In this document: positions 34,701 through 47,240 of the stretch, piece after piece | How the letters are laid out: each line of letters begins with the position of its first letter | Position numbering within the stretch: position 1 is the first letter of the stretch | Assembly: GCF_021028975.2 (NCBI RefSeq) | Contig: NC_059428.1 | Location: 152,892,001-152,956,000, forward strand | Source: Sphaerodactylus townsendi | Taxonomy: Eukaryota | Reading direction: 5' to 3' | DNA length: 64,000 nt | Notes under the pieces: generated by a model | Told to the model about the DNA's origin: nothing | Databases searched by the model: none | Seen by the model: only the letters and a program-made list of their open reading frames with translations | Program-made: the position numbers and the translations under genes

Positions 34701-34966
34701 CTGCCACAAGAAAACAAAAGTCACATATTCAATGCTCCACAATTCTACCTCTCAAACGTGTGCTCCCTTCAAAAAACTAGCCCCTCTGGAAGCACCACAC
34801 TGGTACTCCACTCAAAGGCATGACAGTAAACACCAGGCTGAATCTCTGGCTCCCCACACATAACATGGCAACAAGGGAGAGCAACAGTCATCTCCAAGTC
34901 CATGTTCATGTCTAGGAACTGGCTCTAGATCCATGAATGCCACCAGGATAACATAGAACCCCTTTG

Positions 34967-35147
34967 AGGCTACACTTACATCCCCCCTAAACGTACCCAA
35001 GTCAAAAAACAATATCAAGGGGACATAGATCACAAAAACAGGCTCCATCGGATTGCTACTGAAGGGAAACAACAACTACAACAGACACACCACTAACAGA
35101 AAGTTCTACCATGTACTAACTACCACGCGAAGTGCCTGAATTGATAG
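34967..35147. repeat. Duplicated ~180-nt intronic element, copy A (METTL26 intron 4)
   Basis: Closely matches 34232-34412. Confidence 0.9.
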
Positions 35148-35440
35148 CTTACTGCCTGTTGATATCATAAATCCAGAGTAGCTTTCCACTCCTTTCAGAG
35201 TGGTCCTATGAAACTTTCCAAAAAAGACCGTTTTTGTTAAGCAATTTGAAAAAGGTTACTGAGAAGATACAGTGCTTCTAACTCTGTTTCTTCCATTACA
35301 CATCCTCTCTTTTTACATTTAGATGAAATTTAGATCAAATAACATGTCACTTTCACAGTGGAACACACAAATGTTTGAAACAACAGTCTTTATTTACACT
35401 GAAGGAATATTTGAAAGCAGTGAAGGAATATTTGAAAGCA

Positions 35441-35760
35441 GGGAGCAGCAGTGGCGTAGTGGCTAAGAGCAGTGGCTAAGAGCAGGTGCACTCTGATCTG
35501 GAGGAACCGGGTTTGATTCCCAGCTCTGCCACTTGAGTTGTGGAGGCTTATCTGAGGAATTCAGATTAGCCTGTACACTCCCACACATGCCAGCTGGGTG
35601 ACCTTGAGCTAGTCACAGTTCTTCTGAGCTCTCTCAGCCCCGCCCACCTCACAGGGTGTTTGTTGTGAGGGAGGAAGGGCAATGAGATTGTAAGCCCCTT
35701 TGAGTCTCCTACAGGAGAGAAAGGGGGGATATAAATCCAAACTTCTTCTTCTTCTTCTTC
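35441..35760 (+). mobile_element. Squam3-type SINE, full length
   Basis: A-box tggcgtagtgg, B-box ggtttgattcc, CTT-repeat tail, tgaaagc flanking repeat. Confidence 0.85.
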
Positions 35761-36434
35761 TGAAAGCTTCATAAGTCCCTATCACCTTGAGGAAGAATTA
35801 AATCCTTGAAATATGCTGTTGCTCATTTGGTCTTTGAACGCTACGTAAGAACCTTTCCTCAGGAACTCCATGCAAAGGGAAAGAATAGGAAAACTGACCC
35901 TTGCAATGGTAGATGTGGGAGTGTATAGTGATATGTGGCTTTTTGTGTTGCAAAACTGAAAATTCATTACACCAACAACAACAAAAGGTCACTTGGCTGG
36001 AACAAAGATTTCAGACACTGGTCACTTCTCTTGCTACACTTTGCTCACACTGTCAATTACAGTAGAAACTTGGTCAGAAAGAAGCAGCTATGCCTTAGAG
36101 TTGGCCAAACCTCCATTCCATTTAATTAAACATATCCAGAGGACTTCAGCCCAAGATTCTATATAAAAAGGACAGAGTAAAAGGACAAGGGAGACATACC
36201 CTATCTATCCTGGTTTGCAAGGACAATATCTACTCAGATACCTTCCATTTCAGAACATCCCAGATGGCAAAATGTTACACCTAAGAAGCATGACAGCTCT
36301 AGGTTACTGCGAAACTGTTCGACTGGAGATGTACGATGGTCAGGAGCTGGTGACATCCCTATCAAAAATGCAGAATGAGTCTTCATGGCTGCCCCAATTA
36401 TATGTTGTTAATACCCTTTACCAAACATACCCTT

Positions 36435-36640
36435 CACTAAACACCAGGAAATACTTCCTGACAGTCAGGGCTGTTTGACAGTGGAATGTGCTACCTAGGA
36501 TTGTGGTGGAGTCTCCTTCTTTGGAGGTTTTTAAACAGAGGCTAGATGGCCATCTGTCAGGAGTGCTATGATTGTGTGTTCCTGCATTGCAGGGGGTTGG
36601 ACTTGATGGGGTCTCTTCCAACTTATTATTCTATCATTCC
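36435..36640 (+). mobile_element. CR1 LINE 3' end
   Basis: Same CR1 3' sequence as 6423-6733. Confidence 0.8.
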
Positions 36641-37052
36641 TTTTCTACATTCAACAGAAAAGGTCCCTAGTCAAATTTTTATATAACTATTCAGAAACAA
36701 ACACAGCCTTGCATGCAAAGGAATGTCCCCAGAGCCAACTATCTTGGATTTTTAATGTCACACAGGCGAAACAACGATTTCAGGCAAAATACCTCATAGT
36801 ACATGATAGCTTCACATCTTCACATCTTTAAGTGGTCCTTCACTTAAAATCCCACAGAATTACATTTATCCCACCACTAAAAGGGCGTCCAACAAAACCT
36901 TCCCCATGCTAATGACCTTTTAGAACAACTTCACTTCTGCAAAGTTTGTTTCCAAAGCCTAAATCCACTACTTCAAGGCTGGATGTGTGTGTCTATGGTG
37001 CACTGGCATAAATCAAGGCCCTCAGTAACCCAACTCAGACACACGCTCTTAC

Positions 37053-37120
37053 CTCATCCGCAAGCTGTAATCGAAGTCCACGTTACTCTGGGGGGTGATG
37101 CATCCGTTGATAGCGTAAGG
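37053..37120 (-). CDS. METTL26: METTL26 exon 4
   Basis: cacag|PYAINGCITPQSNVDFDYSLRM(R)|gtaaga, 68 nt. Confidence 0.93.
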
Positions 37121-37505
37121 CTGTGGACCACAGATGGAAAAGAAGCTATGGATGAAAGGACATCCCAAACACATGGAGAATATCTTTTCGCCACACACAC
37201 AAACACAATCACGCCTGTGTCAGGAAAGCATGTTGTTCAAGAGGACAGGGTTGGGTTTTCCAGGCCACAAAACTACAGCTTTCCAATCGACTGTTGGCGA
37301 CACAGGCTTGCCGAGAATACAGATAGGGACTGTGAAATTCACAATCAAGGCATTGTTCATTACATGCACTGAACAATTCTGCACCTCTGTTTTTTCAGCT
37401 GATCAGCTCAACACCCCCATCCACATGCTGGGACCTTCCTTCAATGATGATGCTTACGAGGCCACCACCCAGTCATCATTCGCACGTCCTTCCCCAACCA
37501 CCTAC

Positions 37506-37565
37506 CCCGTACGTGATCATCACGGCTCTCGGTTTCAGCAGCTTCCCAGCTCCTTTGAACAAACC
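37506..37565 (-). CDS. METTL26: METTL26 exon 3
   Basis: ttgcag|GLFKGAGKLLKPRAVMITYG|gtaggt, 60 nt. Confidence 0.93.
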
Positions 37566-38413
37566 CTGCAAAGAGAGAGAACAACAAATTCAACATTATT
37601 TCAAGGGCAGAAACCATTTCCAAGCTATTTTGGAAAACTGACTATTGTCCAATCCCCCTGCCAGAAGCCCAGCTGTGCCAGTTCCCCAGGAGAAGCAGAG
37701 ACTTAGCAGACAAGGGTCGGCTTCAGACAGGGATGATCCCGGGTTCAAGTCCCCACACAGTGGCCTGGTCCTACCATGGGCCAGGCACTCGAGCTCACAG
37801 TAAACATAACATGCGAGAAAGCATGGTTCAGCATTCCATCCCACCCATCTATATGCCTCTTCCCTGCCTGTGTGTCCTGCCCATGCTCACACCTAGCTTA
37901 CCCTCCACTTCTCTGGTGGAAGATGGGCCCAGGGATCATGAACGCACTGGCACCTCCTAGGAACCCTGGAAGCTGCCCCACCTTAAGATATGCTGGGGCC
38001 ACTCCTTACGGGGAGGGCGGGGTATAAATATGAAAATGAAATGAAAACATAAAACCCCGGGAAACCCCTTTCTACCACCTGGCTGATAAGCAAAACCATC
38101 AGATTGAGAGGAGGGTTTTTTCCACGCAAAGGCGGGGGGAAAATAAGATGTTAATAATAGTGAGTAGAGCTCCACAGAATTGCCTGATTCTTTCCGTTCC
38201 CTCACCATTTAACCTCCCCAACTACCCTATGGCACAGTGGCCATGCTGGCAGGGACTGACGGGAATTGTAGTCCATGAACATCTGCAGAGCCATAGGTTG
38301 GCCACCCCTGGACTCTAAGGGTAATGACTGGCCTTGAATGTCCCACAAAACCCCTCTATGAGTCAGGCTCCAAATCCCTCAGTGGGGCCAGGGGGAGAAA
38401 AGGACAATCTCAC

Positions 38414-38573
38414 CTCAGTACAGCTCACATCTGAGATGTGGATCATGTTGATGTTGACAATGAGATCCAGAGAGCCTGGCCTTGGCCCCCAGGTCTCCCA
38501 GCTCCGGGACGAATCCAGAAAGATGGGCGGTTTGACGTTCGGAAGGCACAGCACCTGGGTGTAGGCAGAGATG
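38414..38573 (-). CDS. METTL26: METTL26 exon 2
   Basis: ttgcag|(S)ISAYTQVLCLPNVKPPIFLD...INMIHISDVSCTE|gtgaga, 160 nt. Confidence 0.93.
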
Positions 38574-38995
38574 CTGCAAGACACAGAAGAGAGGAGAGAA
38601 CTCAGAAATGGTCAGACCCGTTCGCAAAAGGCAGAATGTCTACTGCTTTGGGGAGCTATCCCATTGCCCTTCTGCACAGCAAACCACAAGGATCGTACCC
38701 AACCAGGCCAAATGTGGTTCTGGACTTGATCCAGCACTCCCAGTCCCACACCCACCTGGGATTTGCTTACACCCAACTGGCACTGGCAGGAGCAGATGGG
38801 CACCAATAGCCCGCAAACATCTGGAGGGGCAGGGTTGGACATCCTGGCTTAGCGAAGGAAGAATTCCTCTGGCTTTTGGGGGAACTGCCCAATTCCGGCC
38901 AACTTGCCCTGGAGGGATCTTTGGCCAGGAAGGGGAAGCCCAGCAAACCCTTTTCTGCACCTTCCTTTTTGCAAACCACCCCACCCCACCCTTTA

Positions 38996-39457
<462 letters not shown>

Positions 39458-39511
39458 CTAAGTTGCCTTTAGGAGCGCGAAGGAGTCTTTGCATGCAAGG
39501 CGAGTGACTTT

Positions 39512-39652
39512 GGCCCGTTCCACACATGCAGAATAACGCACTTTCAATCCTCCTTCACAATTGTTTGCAAGGGGAGTTTGCTATTCTGCACATCTGCAAA
39601 GTGCACCGGAAGTGGATTGCAAGTGCGTTATTCTGCTCGTGCGGAAGGGGCC
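39512..39652. mobile_element. Palindromic MITE (PIF/Harbinger-like); further copies ~42303-42445, ~46303-46442, ~57028-57173
   Basis: ggccc.ttcc.cacatgcagaataa ... ttattctgc..gtgcggaaggggcc terminal inverted repeats. Confidence 0.7.
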
Positions 39653-40162
39653 TTTGAAGTAAGAGACTTTGGGGGCTTGCTCCCTAGTAAAGGCTGTTTA
39701 GGGTTGGCACCGTCTCGTTTCCTATAGCTTCGTCTGGCAGTAAAGGAATGGCAAATACTCTAAAATAAACACTAGTTAATAAAGGGTTCGTGCATTCTTC
39801 CTACTCGACGGCCCCGATTCTGGAAGAGCGAGCCCCGTGCCAGCATAACGCAATTGCAAGCTGGACAGCATGAAGATGTTTATAATTTTTGTTTAGTTTT
39901 AATACTATTTTATATTATTGTAGTGTTTCTATATGTTTTACACGTAAGCCGCCTCAAGTCCCTCGGGAGGTCGGCGGGGTAAAAAAGTAATATATAAATA
40001 AATAAAAATAAGATGCAGCCCTGCTGTTGTTCAAGAGCAAGAGGCGAAAATAAGAAAAATCCGTTCCGTTTCCTTGCAAAAACAAGTCAGCTCCACGGCT
40101 AGACAAAAACTAGGCATTGGAGCTGTAAAAGGTGCAAATTTGGGCAAGGAGTTGAGAAGAAG

Positions 40163-40168
40163 AAAAAA
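40163..40168 (-). terminator. Pol III terminator (T6) of tRNA-Gly
   Basis: TTTTTT 3 nt after the discriminator base on the minus strand. Confidence 0.8.
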
Positions 40169-40171
40169 TTC

Positions 40172-40242
40172 TGCGCCGCCCGGGAATCGAACCCGGGTCG
40201 CAAGAATGGGAATCTTGCATGATACCACTACACCAGCGGCGC
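40172..40242 (-). tRNA. tRNA-Gly (anticodon CCC)
   Basis: GCGCCGCTGGTGTAGTGGTATCATGCAAGATTCCCATTCTTGCGACCCGGGTTCGATTCCCGGGCGGCGCA, 71 nt, complete cloverleaf with A and B boxes. Confidence 0.97.
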
Positions 40243-40677
40243 GGTTACACAATTTTGCCTCTAGAGGTTCTCATAAAGCTACAGAGAGCCTCCTAGAGGA
40301 GCACAACTATAGTACAATTTGTTGTTTTCTGGCCAGGTGGTGGAAATACCCTGGCTATCCAAAACTTACAACTCAAATTACAGATGCATAATTTTGCCCT
40401 AGCAAGTCTGGGCAAATTGCTAATGGTCAAAGCAAACAGTCCATTATTTATCATAGACGTACACACATACAAATTAATTTGGAAGGGGGCAGAAAGTCCG
40501 TGCTGGCAGGCCTGGCTGCAAACTTGACAGACTTCCCCTCCCCAGTTCTATCTCACATGTAAGAATCTCGTGCATCAGGGCAGAAAAAAAATATTTCTGT
40601 TCCATTTCTGAAAGGATATAAGCAGACCAAATTACAGGAACAGCCAGCCCCCAATACACTGAACCTTTATCCCCATC

Positions 40678-41475
40678 ATAAGAACATAAGAACAAGCCAG
40701 CTGGATCAGACCAAAGTCCATCTAGTCCAGCTCTCTGCTACTCGCAGTGGCCCACCAGGTGCCTTTGGGAGCGCACATGTAGGATGTGAACGCAATGGCC
40801 TTCTGCGGCTGTTGCTCCCGATCACCTGGTCTGTTAAGGCATTTGCAACCTCAGATCAAAGAGGATCAAGATTGGTAACCATAAATCAACTTCTCCTCCA
40901 TAAATCTGTCCAAGCCCCTTTTAAAGCTATCCAGGTTAGTGGCCATCACCACCTCCTGTGGCAGCATATTCCAAACACCAATCACACGTTGCGTGAAGAA
41001 GTGTTTCCTTTTATTAGTCCTCATTCTTCCCCCCAGCATTTTCAATGAATGCCCCCTGGTTCTAGTATTGTGAGAAAGAGAGAAAAATTTCTCTCTGTCA
41101 ACATTTTCTACCCCATGCATAATTTTGTAGACTTCAATCATATCCCCCCTCAGCCGCCTCCTCTCCAAACTAAAGAGTCCCAAACGCTGCAGCCTCTCCT
41201 CATAGGGAAGGTGCTCCAGTCCCTCAATCACCCTTGTTGCCCTTCTCTGCACTTTTTCTATCTCCTCAATATCCTTTTTGAGATGCGGCGACCAGAACTG
41301 GACACAGTACTCCAAGTGCGGTCGCACCACTGCTTTATATAAGGGCATGACAATCTTTGCAGTTTTATTATCAATTCCTTTTCTAATGATCCCCAGCATA
41401 GAGTTTGCCTTTTTCACAGCTGCCATGCATTGAGTTGACATTCCCATGGAACTATCAACTAAGACGCCTAAATCC
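40678..41475 (-). mobile_element. CR1 LINE, 5'-truncated, with open ORF2 C-terminus (young copy)
   Basis: ORF 40866-41447 (KKANSMLG...RPHLEYCVQFWSP...LFSLERRRLRGD), 3' UTR and TTCTTATG-type tail. Confidence 0.92.
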
Positions 41476-43731
41476 CCACTTTACCATGTGCTCCCCTTGC
41501 CTCTCTTGTTTTTTCTAATTGAATCCAGCCTGATGAAGAATTCTGCTGAGTTCAGAAGCTTACACCATGTTTTGTGTAAATTCAGATGGTCTAAAAAATA
41601 AACAGACACAATGTGAATTTATGAAACATGCAGATTCCGAGGGTTGTTTACTTCATTTTCTTCCTTAATGGAAACTCAAAACCACCTATACAATTTCCCC
41701 CTGCTCCATTGTATCTGCAGATCCCACAACAACAGGAGGGAAATATTCAGAGTAAAATTATATCTTGGCGTCCTCTGCAGTTCTTGTGTTAGATCGTCTG
41801 CAGGGCAGGGGACACCAATTGATTGGGCAGCGTTTATACTGTCAAAGAGGCCTTAGAAGCAACATGTCTGTTCAGACTGCAGAGCCAAATCCTATACATG
41901 CCAGGCATGTTTAGGATAGATGCTCTACAAGAAGATAGCTCTCAAACTCATGCTCTGGATGCAATGCGCAATATAATTTTCACCTGGCTACAGACACGGA
42001 GGTACGGCTCTGCTGCAAATTGAGGGGTATTTCTGCAACAAGATAAGCTGGAACGAACTTTGGACACGGTCGTCTCCCAAACGTTTTCTGAATAAAATTA
42101 GAAGTCTCATCTCCCACTCTTTAATTTTTAGGGCTCATGCAGGCTGGTCAGCCTCCAGTGGGGTCAAGAGATCTCCCAGTATTATAGCCGAAAGACAGAG
42201 ATCAGTTCCCCTGGAGAAAAAAAGCCACTTTGGCAAGGGAACTCTATAGTATTACACTTGCTGATGTCCACATTTCCCTGGTTCCTCCCCTAAAACTCTC
42301 TAGGGCTCATTCCGCACATGCAGAATAATGCACTTTCAAACTGCTTTCAATGCTCCTTGAAGCTGTGCGGAATGGCAAAATCCACTTGCAAACAGTTGTG
42401 AAAGTGGTTTGAAAACGCATTATTTTACATGTGCGGAAGGGGCCTAGGTATTTTCCAACCCAGAGCTGGCAGCTGTAGGCTCGTGTGGGTGCTGACTATT
42501 CTCAGGTGCCCGTTCTTTTTTGCTGCAAAACTCACAGTTCAGTGCCTTCCCTTAAACTGGACCTCAGTAAAGCTGCAACCCAGCTTAAGTCAGCCAGTCT
42601 TAGAAAAACACCTCACCAAATTTCATAGGACTCGCTCCCTGGAATGTATGCAAATAATTGCCAATCCTTATTTAGTTGTTTTATACCTCGCCTTTCCCCC
42701 CAAATGGGGATCCAGATTGGGTTAAAGCCTCCTCTTCTCCTCCACCCTGTCCTCACAACAACCCTGTGAGGTGGGTTAGACTAAGAGTGCATGTGACTGG
42801 GCCAAGGTCAGCCTGCAAAAGCTTCTATGACAGAGTATGGATTTTGCCCTGGGTTTTGTGTGAACCACTCTAGCAAGACAGACGTTGAAAAGCAGTATGT
42901 TTAGATCAATAAATGTACTTGTTCTCAATAGGGTACCTCCTAGCTAGGGGCAGGCGACCTAGCGTCTCCTTCCTCTAAGCTTAGATTGTACAAATGTGTC
43001 CTTGTTGCTTAAGAAAATCTCAAGGTACACTGTCGCTACCTCTGTCCCCAATTCTGGAGCCATTCATCAGTGTCAACAAGCCCACGCTGCAGGAAGAGAT
43101 GGACCTTGGAACTTTGCTAAATATCAGTGCAAATAAGATTCACAGCAGGCCAGATTTCATGCCATTGCTGCGCCCCACAAAGCGTTCTTTCCTCAAGAGG
43201 TGGGGGGCAGAGGAATCAAACGTTCTTCACACCGTTCAGGAAAAAAGAACTACATTACAGCTGTCTTTGGACTGAAATATCAGTTATGACGATACCCAGC
43301 TGTACTCTTTTTATCAGGAAGGGGTAAAGGATTCTTTGTTGGCCATTTCTAGCTTTGGCATAGAACCACACTGACTGTGGATTCCTTGGTGATGGGCTTT
43401 TCCTGGCCAGAGCAGGGATCCGCAAGGTCACCTCTGAAATGGGCTGTCCTGCAGAGCCCAACAAAGCTGGCATTTTAATCCAGCAAATTGCTCTCTTTTT
43501 CTCTGGAAAGACACGTCTTCCAAGGAGTTCCTTGCTGGGTTTCAGATTGGAACGCGTCTTCCCATTAACAACTATGTAAATAGGAAACTCACTTGGGGGA
43601 GGGCAGCTTCCACCCCACCCCCCACAATACTGGCTACATTGTTTGCAGGGGGACATGGCAAAATCAGGAATCCAAGGGCTTTTCTGCCCATTGCCACCCC
43701 TTTGTCACACTGACAGTGCAATGCTATAGTT

Positions 43732-44122
43732 TAGTGGTGGCGAACCTATGGCATGGGTGCCAGAGGTGGCACTCAGAGCCTTCTCTGTGGGCACGGGTGC
43801 CCAGAGTTCATCATGTGGGCGGGGCGGAAAATCACCCCCCCACACACACACACACACATCTAGGCTGGCCTGGGCACAATTCTTTACCTGGGAGTAAGTT
43901 CGGTTGCTGGCAATGGGGCTTGCTTCTGAGTAAACTCTCCTAGGGTCGTGATTCACCCATTCGAAGCTTATTCCTGAGTAACGCGCACCTCGGAGCCAAC
44001 CGTTTTTTCTAAACGAAAACCTTAGCATTCAGGTTAAATTGCTGTGTTGGCACTTTGCAATAAATAAGTGGGTTTTGGGTTGCAATTTGGGCACTCGGTC
44101 TTGAAAAGGTTCGCCATCACTG
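43732..44122. mobile_element. hAT-type MITE
   Basis: TAGTGGTGGCGAACCT / AGGTTCGCCATCACTG ends, perfect 8-bp TSD ctatagtt. Confidence 0.85.
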
Positions 44123-44922
44123 CTATAGTTATTCCAGTCTACACCCATGAAAAAAGAATGGGTTTAGACTGCACTAACTTTCTTCAGAATCGCACTGTTG
44201 CTCAACTTGTACATTTGCAAACATGCAACATGATTATGAAAAACAGCCCCAGATTTGGCCCTCTCTATTCCTTCATGTTCCTGAAGTGGTCTGGATCATT
44301 CTCAGTTCTCTGCCACCTTGTCCCCTGCTGGCATGTGCGAATGCGGGTAGTTCTCAGTACTCTTGCCATAACTGAAAGGAGACTTGAGACCTCTAGAATG
44401 TGCCTCTTTGTTCCAAACTTATAACATAATTCAGCAGATGACATTTTCCTGTTCTAATTTTGGAGACAATCTTGCCATGACCTTTAAGAAGATGGAGTCA
44501 GGTTTATTGCTGGGGAGGAGGAGTTAATTTTTGTTTATGCCTGTTTGTGTTTTTCAAATTGGAGCATGGAATATTTGCATTATTTAAAATGTTTTTTAAA
44601 GTTCAAATTGGAAGGAAAACAATTGGTTTTCATCAGGCCTTGGAAACTAAGCAGGGTTAGTAGCTGGATGGGAAACCACTGAAGGCGATGGCAAACCACC
44701 TCTGCTTCTCACGTGCCTTGAAAGCCGCTTGCAGGACGTGCAATAAGTCACAAGCACTTGTGTATATAATTAAGGTGCAAGAGATTTTTCCCAAACCTCC
44801 CTCCCTTTTGTACATGCCACAAAAAGAAAAAACAACAACACAGAATTACTCCAAGCAAGATACAAAGGAAACTACGAGAGGTCCCACATTTATGGACCAA
44901 ATTATAATGAAATTATCTGTAA

Positions 44923-45234
44923 ATAGTTGGTTTTGGTGGGTTTTCCAGGCTGTGTGGCTGTGGTCTGGTAAACCTTGTCCCTAATGTTTCGCCTGCAGTA
45001 AGTGTTTGGGTGTAGGTTGGTTCCCCACCCTGGGACATGGGCAACATATACCCCACTAAACTTTCCCTTCTCACTAGACACAGTGTGTAACAGACTTTTC
45101 TCTGTGATACACCTCTGAAGATGCCAGCCACAGATGCAGGCAAAACGTTAGGAACAAGATCTACCAGACAACGGCCACACAGCCCAGAAAACCCATCAAA
45201 ACCAGTTGAATCCGGCCGTGAAAGCCTTCGACAA
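44923..45234. mobile_element. Penelope-like element remnant
   Basis: Inverted partial pLTR plus forward pLTR ending gtgaaagccttcgacaa; 9-bp TSD tatctgtaa. Confidence 0.75.
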
Positions 45235-46469
45235 TATCTGTAATTAATTGAGTCGCTAAGGTCTTTGGACCCATGAATTAAGACAGAGTTTAATATGACC
45301 GGCCAATTGTTCATTCCATTTAAGGCATTGTATTACTACATTTCTATTAGCACAATAGAGACTAGATTTCTAATAAAGATCAGTTAAGAAGAGAATGTAG
45401 ATAGGGCAGCTGGTAGCTCTCCAATCTGTTATAGACATCAAACTGCCACAATCTATAAAGATAGAGAAACTGAAAAATTGTCTAGAACGCCAGCAACAGT
45501 GGTGTCTAAAAAATGTAAGAGCTGTTTGAAAAATCTAATTTAGTGCCATGGAGACTAAAACCTAAATCTGAACGCAGTATTCAGGAGGACAACCAATTTA
45601 TTAGTGCCTTTTCTGATCAGGACCACGGAAAGTACCCTGCCTCTTCAGGAGGTAAACGTTCTTTATTAATAAAGCAGTTAATGGCCCACTCTGCTGTATT
45701 CAATCCAGAAGAAGAGTACTGTGCAACTCATATTGCATACGGTTCCTGTAGGAACCCTAGGTGGTACAAATAATTTTTTTTAATGAGCTAGCACAGAACT
45801 GCAGCCTCTAGTGGAGGATCTAAAAAGCCATGAAGAAATAAATTGTTCCCAGACCTTGTTTGGCCACAAAATCTAGAGGACTGGAAAGCTGATCACCCCA
45901 GGTGTGGGCCTCTGTGGGGTCGCCCCATATTCACGCTACGGCCCATGCTAGGAGAAAGGCTGAGAGAAAAATGCAGAGGAAACGCCTTTTACTGAATCTG
46001 ACCATTGATCTATCCAATTCACTATTGCCCACTCCAGCTGGCAGCTCCCTGGGGCTTCAGGCTAAGGTCTGACACATCACCTGCTGCTGTCTGATTCTTT
46101 TATCAGGATATGCTGAGGATCAAACCTGGGACTTCCTGAATGCTAATTTACACAGCCACAAAACTGAGTGTTTATTATTTTCCCTTAGGAAATCCCCTGA
46201 CTTGAGGAGCACCTTCCACTTCCCAATGATGCTTGGCCCCTATCATAGATACAAGCGGAGCCGTTTTGCATGGTAGGACAACCGGGGAGGGGATTCACAC
46301 AGGCCCCTCCCGCACATGCAGAATAAAGCCCTTTCACAACTGTTTGCAAGCGGATTTTTCTATCCCGCACAGTGAAATCCAGCTGCAAAAGTGCATCGAA
46401 AGTGGATCGAAAGTGCAGTATTCTGCATGTGCGGAAGGAGCCACAGACGAGTCCCAGTCCTGGGTTCGA

Positions 46470-46620
46470 GGCCGGGCCACCGGCGCACGTGTGCGCTGCG
46501 CGCTCTTCCGGTTGAGCAAAGTGGGGGAAAGGGGGCGCGATCCGGATTGGAAGGGCTCCCGGTTGCGTCAGCATCCAGCCCAGGCTGGGACGGCTCCTTT
46601 AAGAGCGGCGGCGGCGGCAG
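46470..46620 (+). promoter_or_regulatory. MCRIP2: MCRIP2 CpG-island promoter
   Basis: NRF1-like gcgcacgtgtgcgc, ETS cttccgg, reverse CCAAT, half-CRE tgcgtca, TATA-like tttaaga. Confidence 0.55.
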
Positions 46621-46850
46621 TGGGGCGCGTGTTGGAGGCCTGGCCGGCTGGCGGGCACCGGGATCTGCCACTGAAAGGAGAAGTTGTCGGAGGCGGTGCC
46701 CCCGGGGGCCGGTTGCGGGAGGCAGGGAAAGGCAAGGCTCGGGGCTCGCTGGCTCCCTGCCCACCCGCCAGGGGGCATGCCAAGTTGGCCACTCTCCGCC
46801 TGGCTAGCGCGCGTGCCATCGGGGGACCTCCTGCCTTGAGTCCCGGAGGG

Positions 46851-46902
46851 ATGTACACCATCACGCGTGGGCCCAGCAAGATCGCCACTCAAAGGAGAAC
46901 AG
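46851..46902 (+). CDS. MCRIP2: MCRIP2 (FAM195A) exon 1
   Basis: MYTITRGPSKIATQRRT(G)|gtaagc. Confidence 0.93.
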
Positions 46903-47152
46903 GTAAGCGGGGCCGGCACCCGCCTCCCCCCCCCTCCCCACCCCCCGGGCGGTGCATGCCCAGCGGGGCAGGGGACTGCTCCCCTTTGGGTGCTCTGCAC
47001 CACCCACCCTGGCACCTTCGATCTCCCCCTTTGGGGACCGCTCTGGGCTCCTGCGCACACGTCAAGCCTGCCCCCTTCTGTCGAGGGGAACCCCCCCCCC
47101 CCGCCACACACACACAGGGGGCCCGGCTGAGCTTGCTCGCCTCTCCCCGCAG

Positions 47153-47240
47153 GTCCCACGCAGCAGGTGGACAGCAAGGCGAGCGCCCTGAAATGCAAGC
47201 GGCGGCCGCAGCAGCAACTCAGCTCCTGTCCCCTGTCAAG
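47153..47240 (+). CDS. MCRIP2: MCRIP2 exon 2
   Basis: cgcag|(G)PTQQVDSKASALKCKRRPQQQLSSCPLS(S)|gtgagt. Confidence 0.9.

Noticed and set aside
35441-35530. tRNA-like A/B boxes
   Set aside because: Head of a Squam3-type SINE with no cloverleaf.
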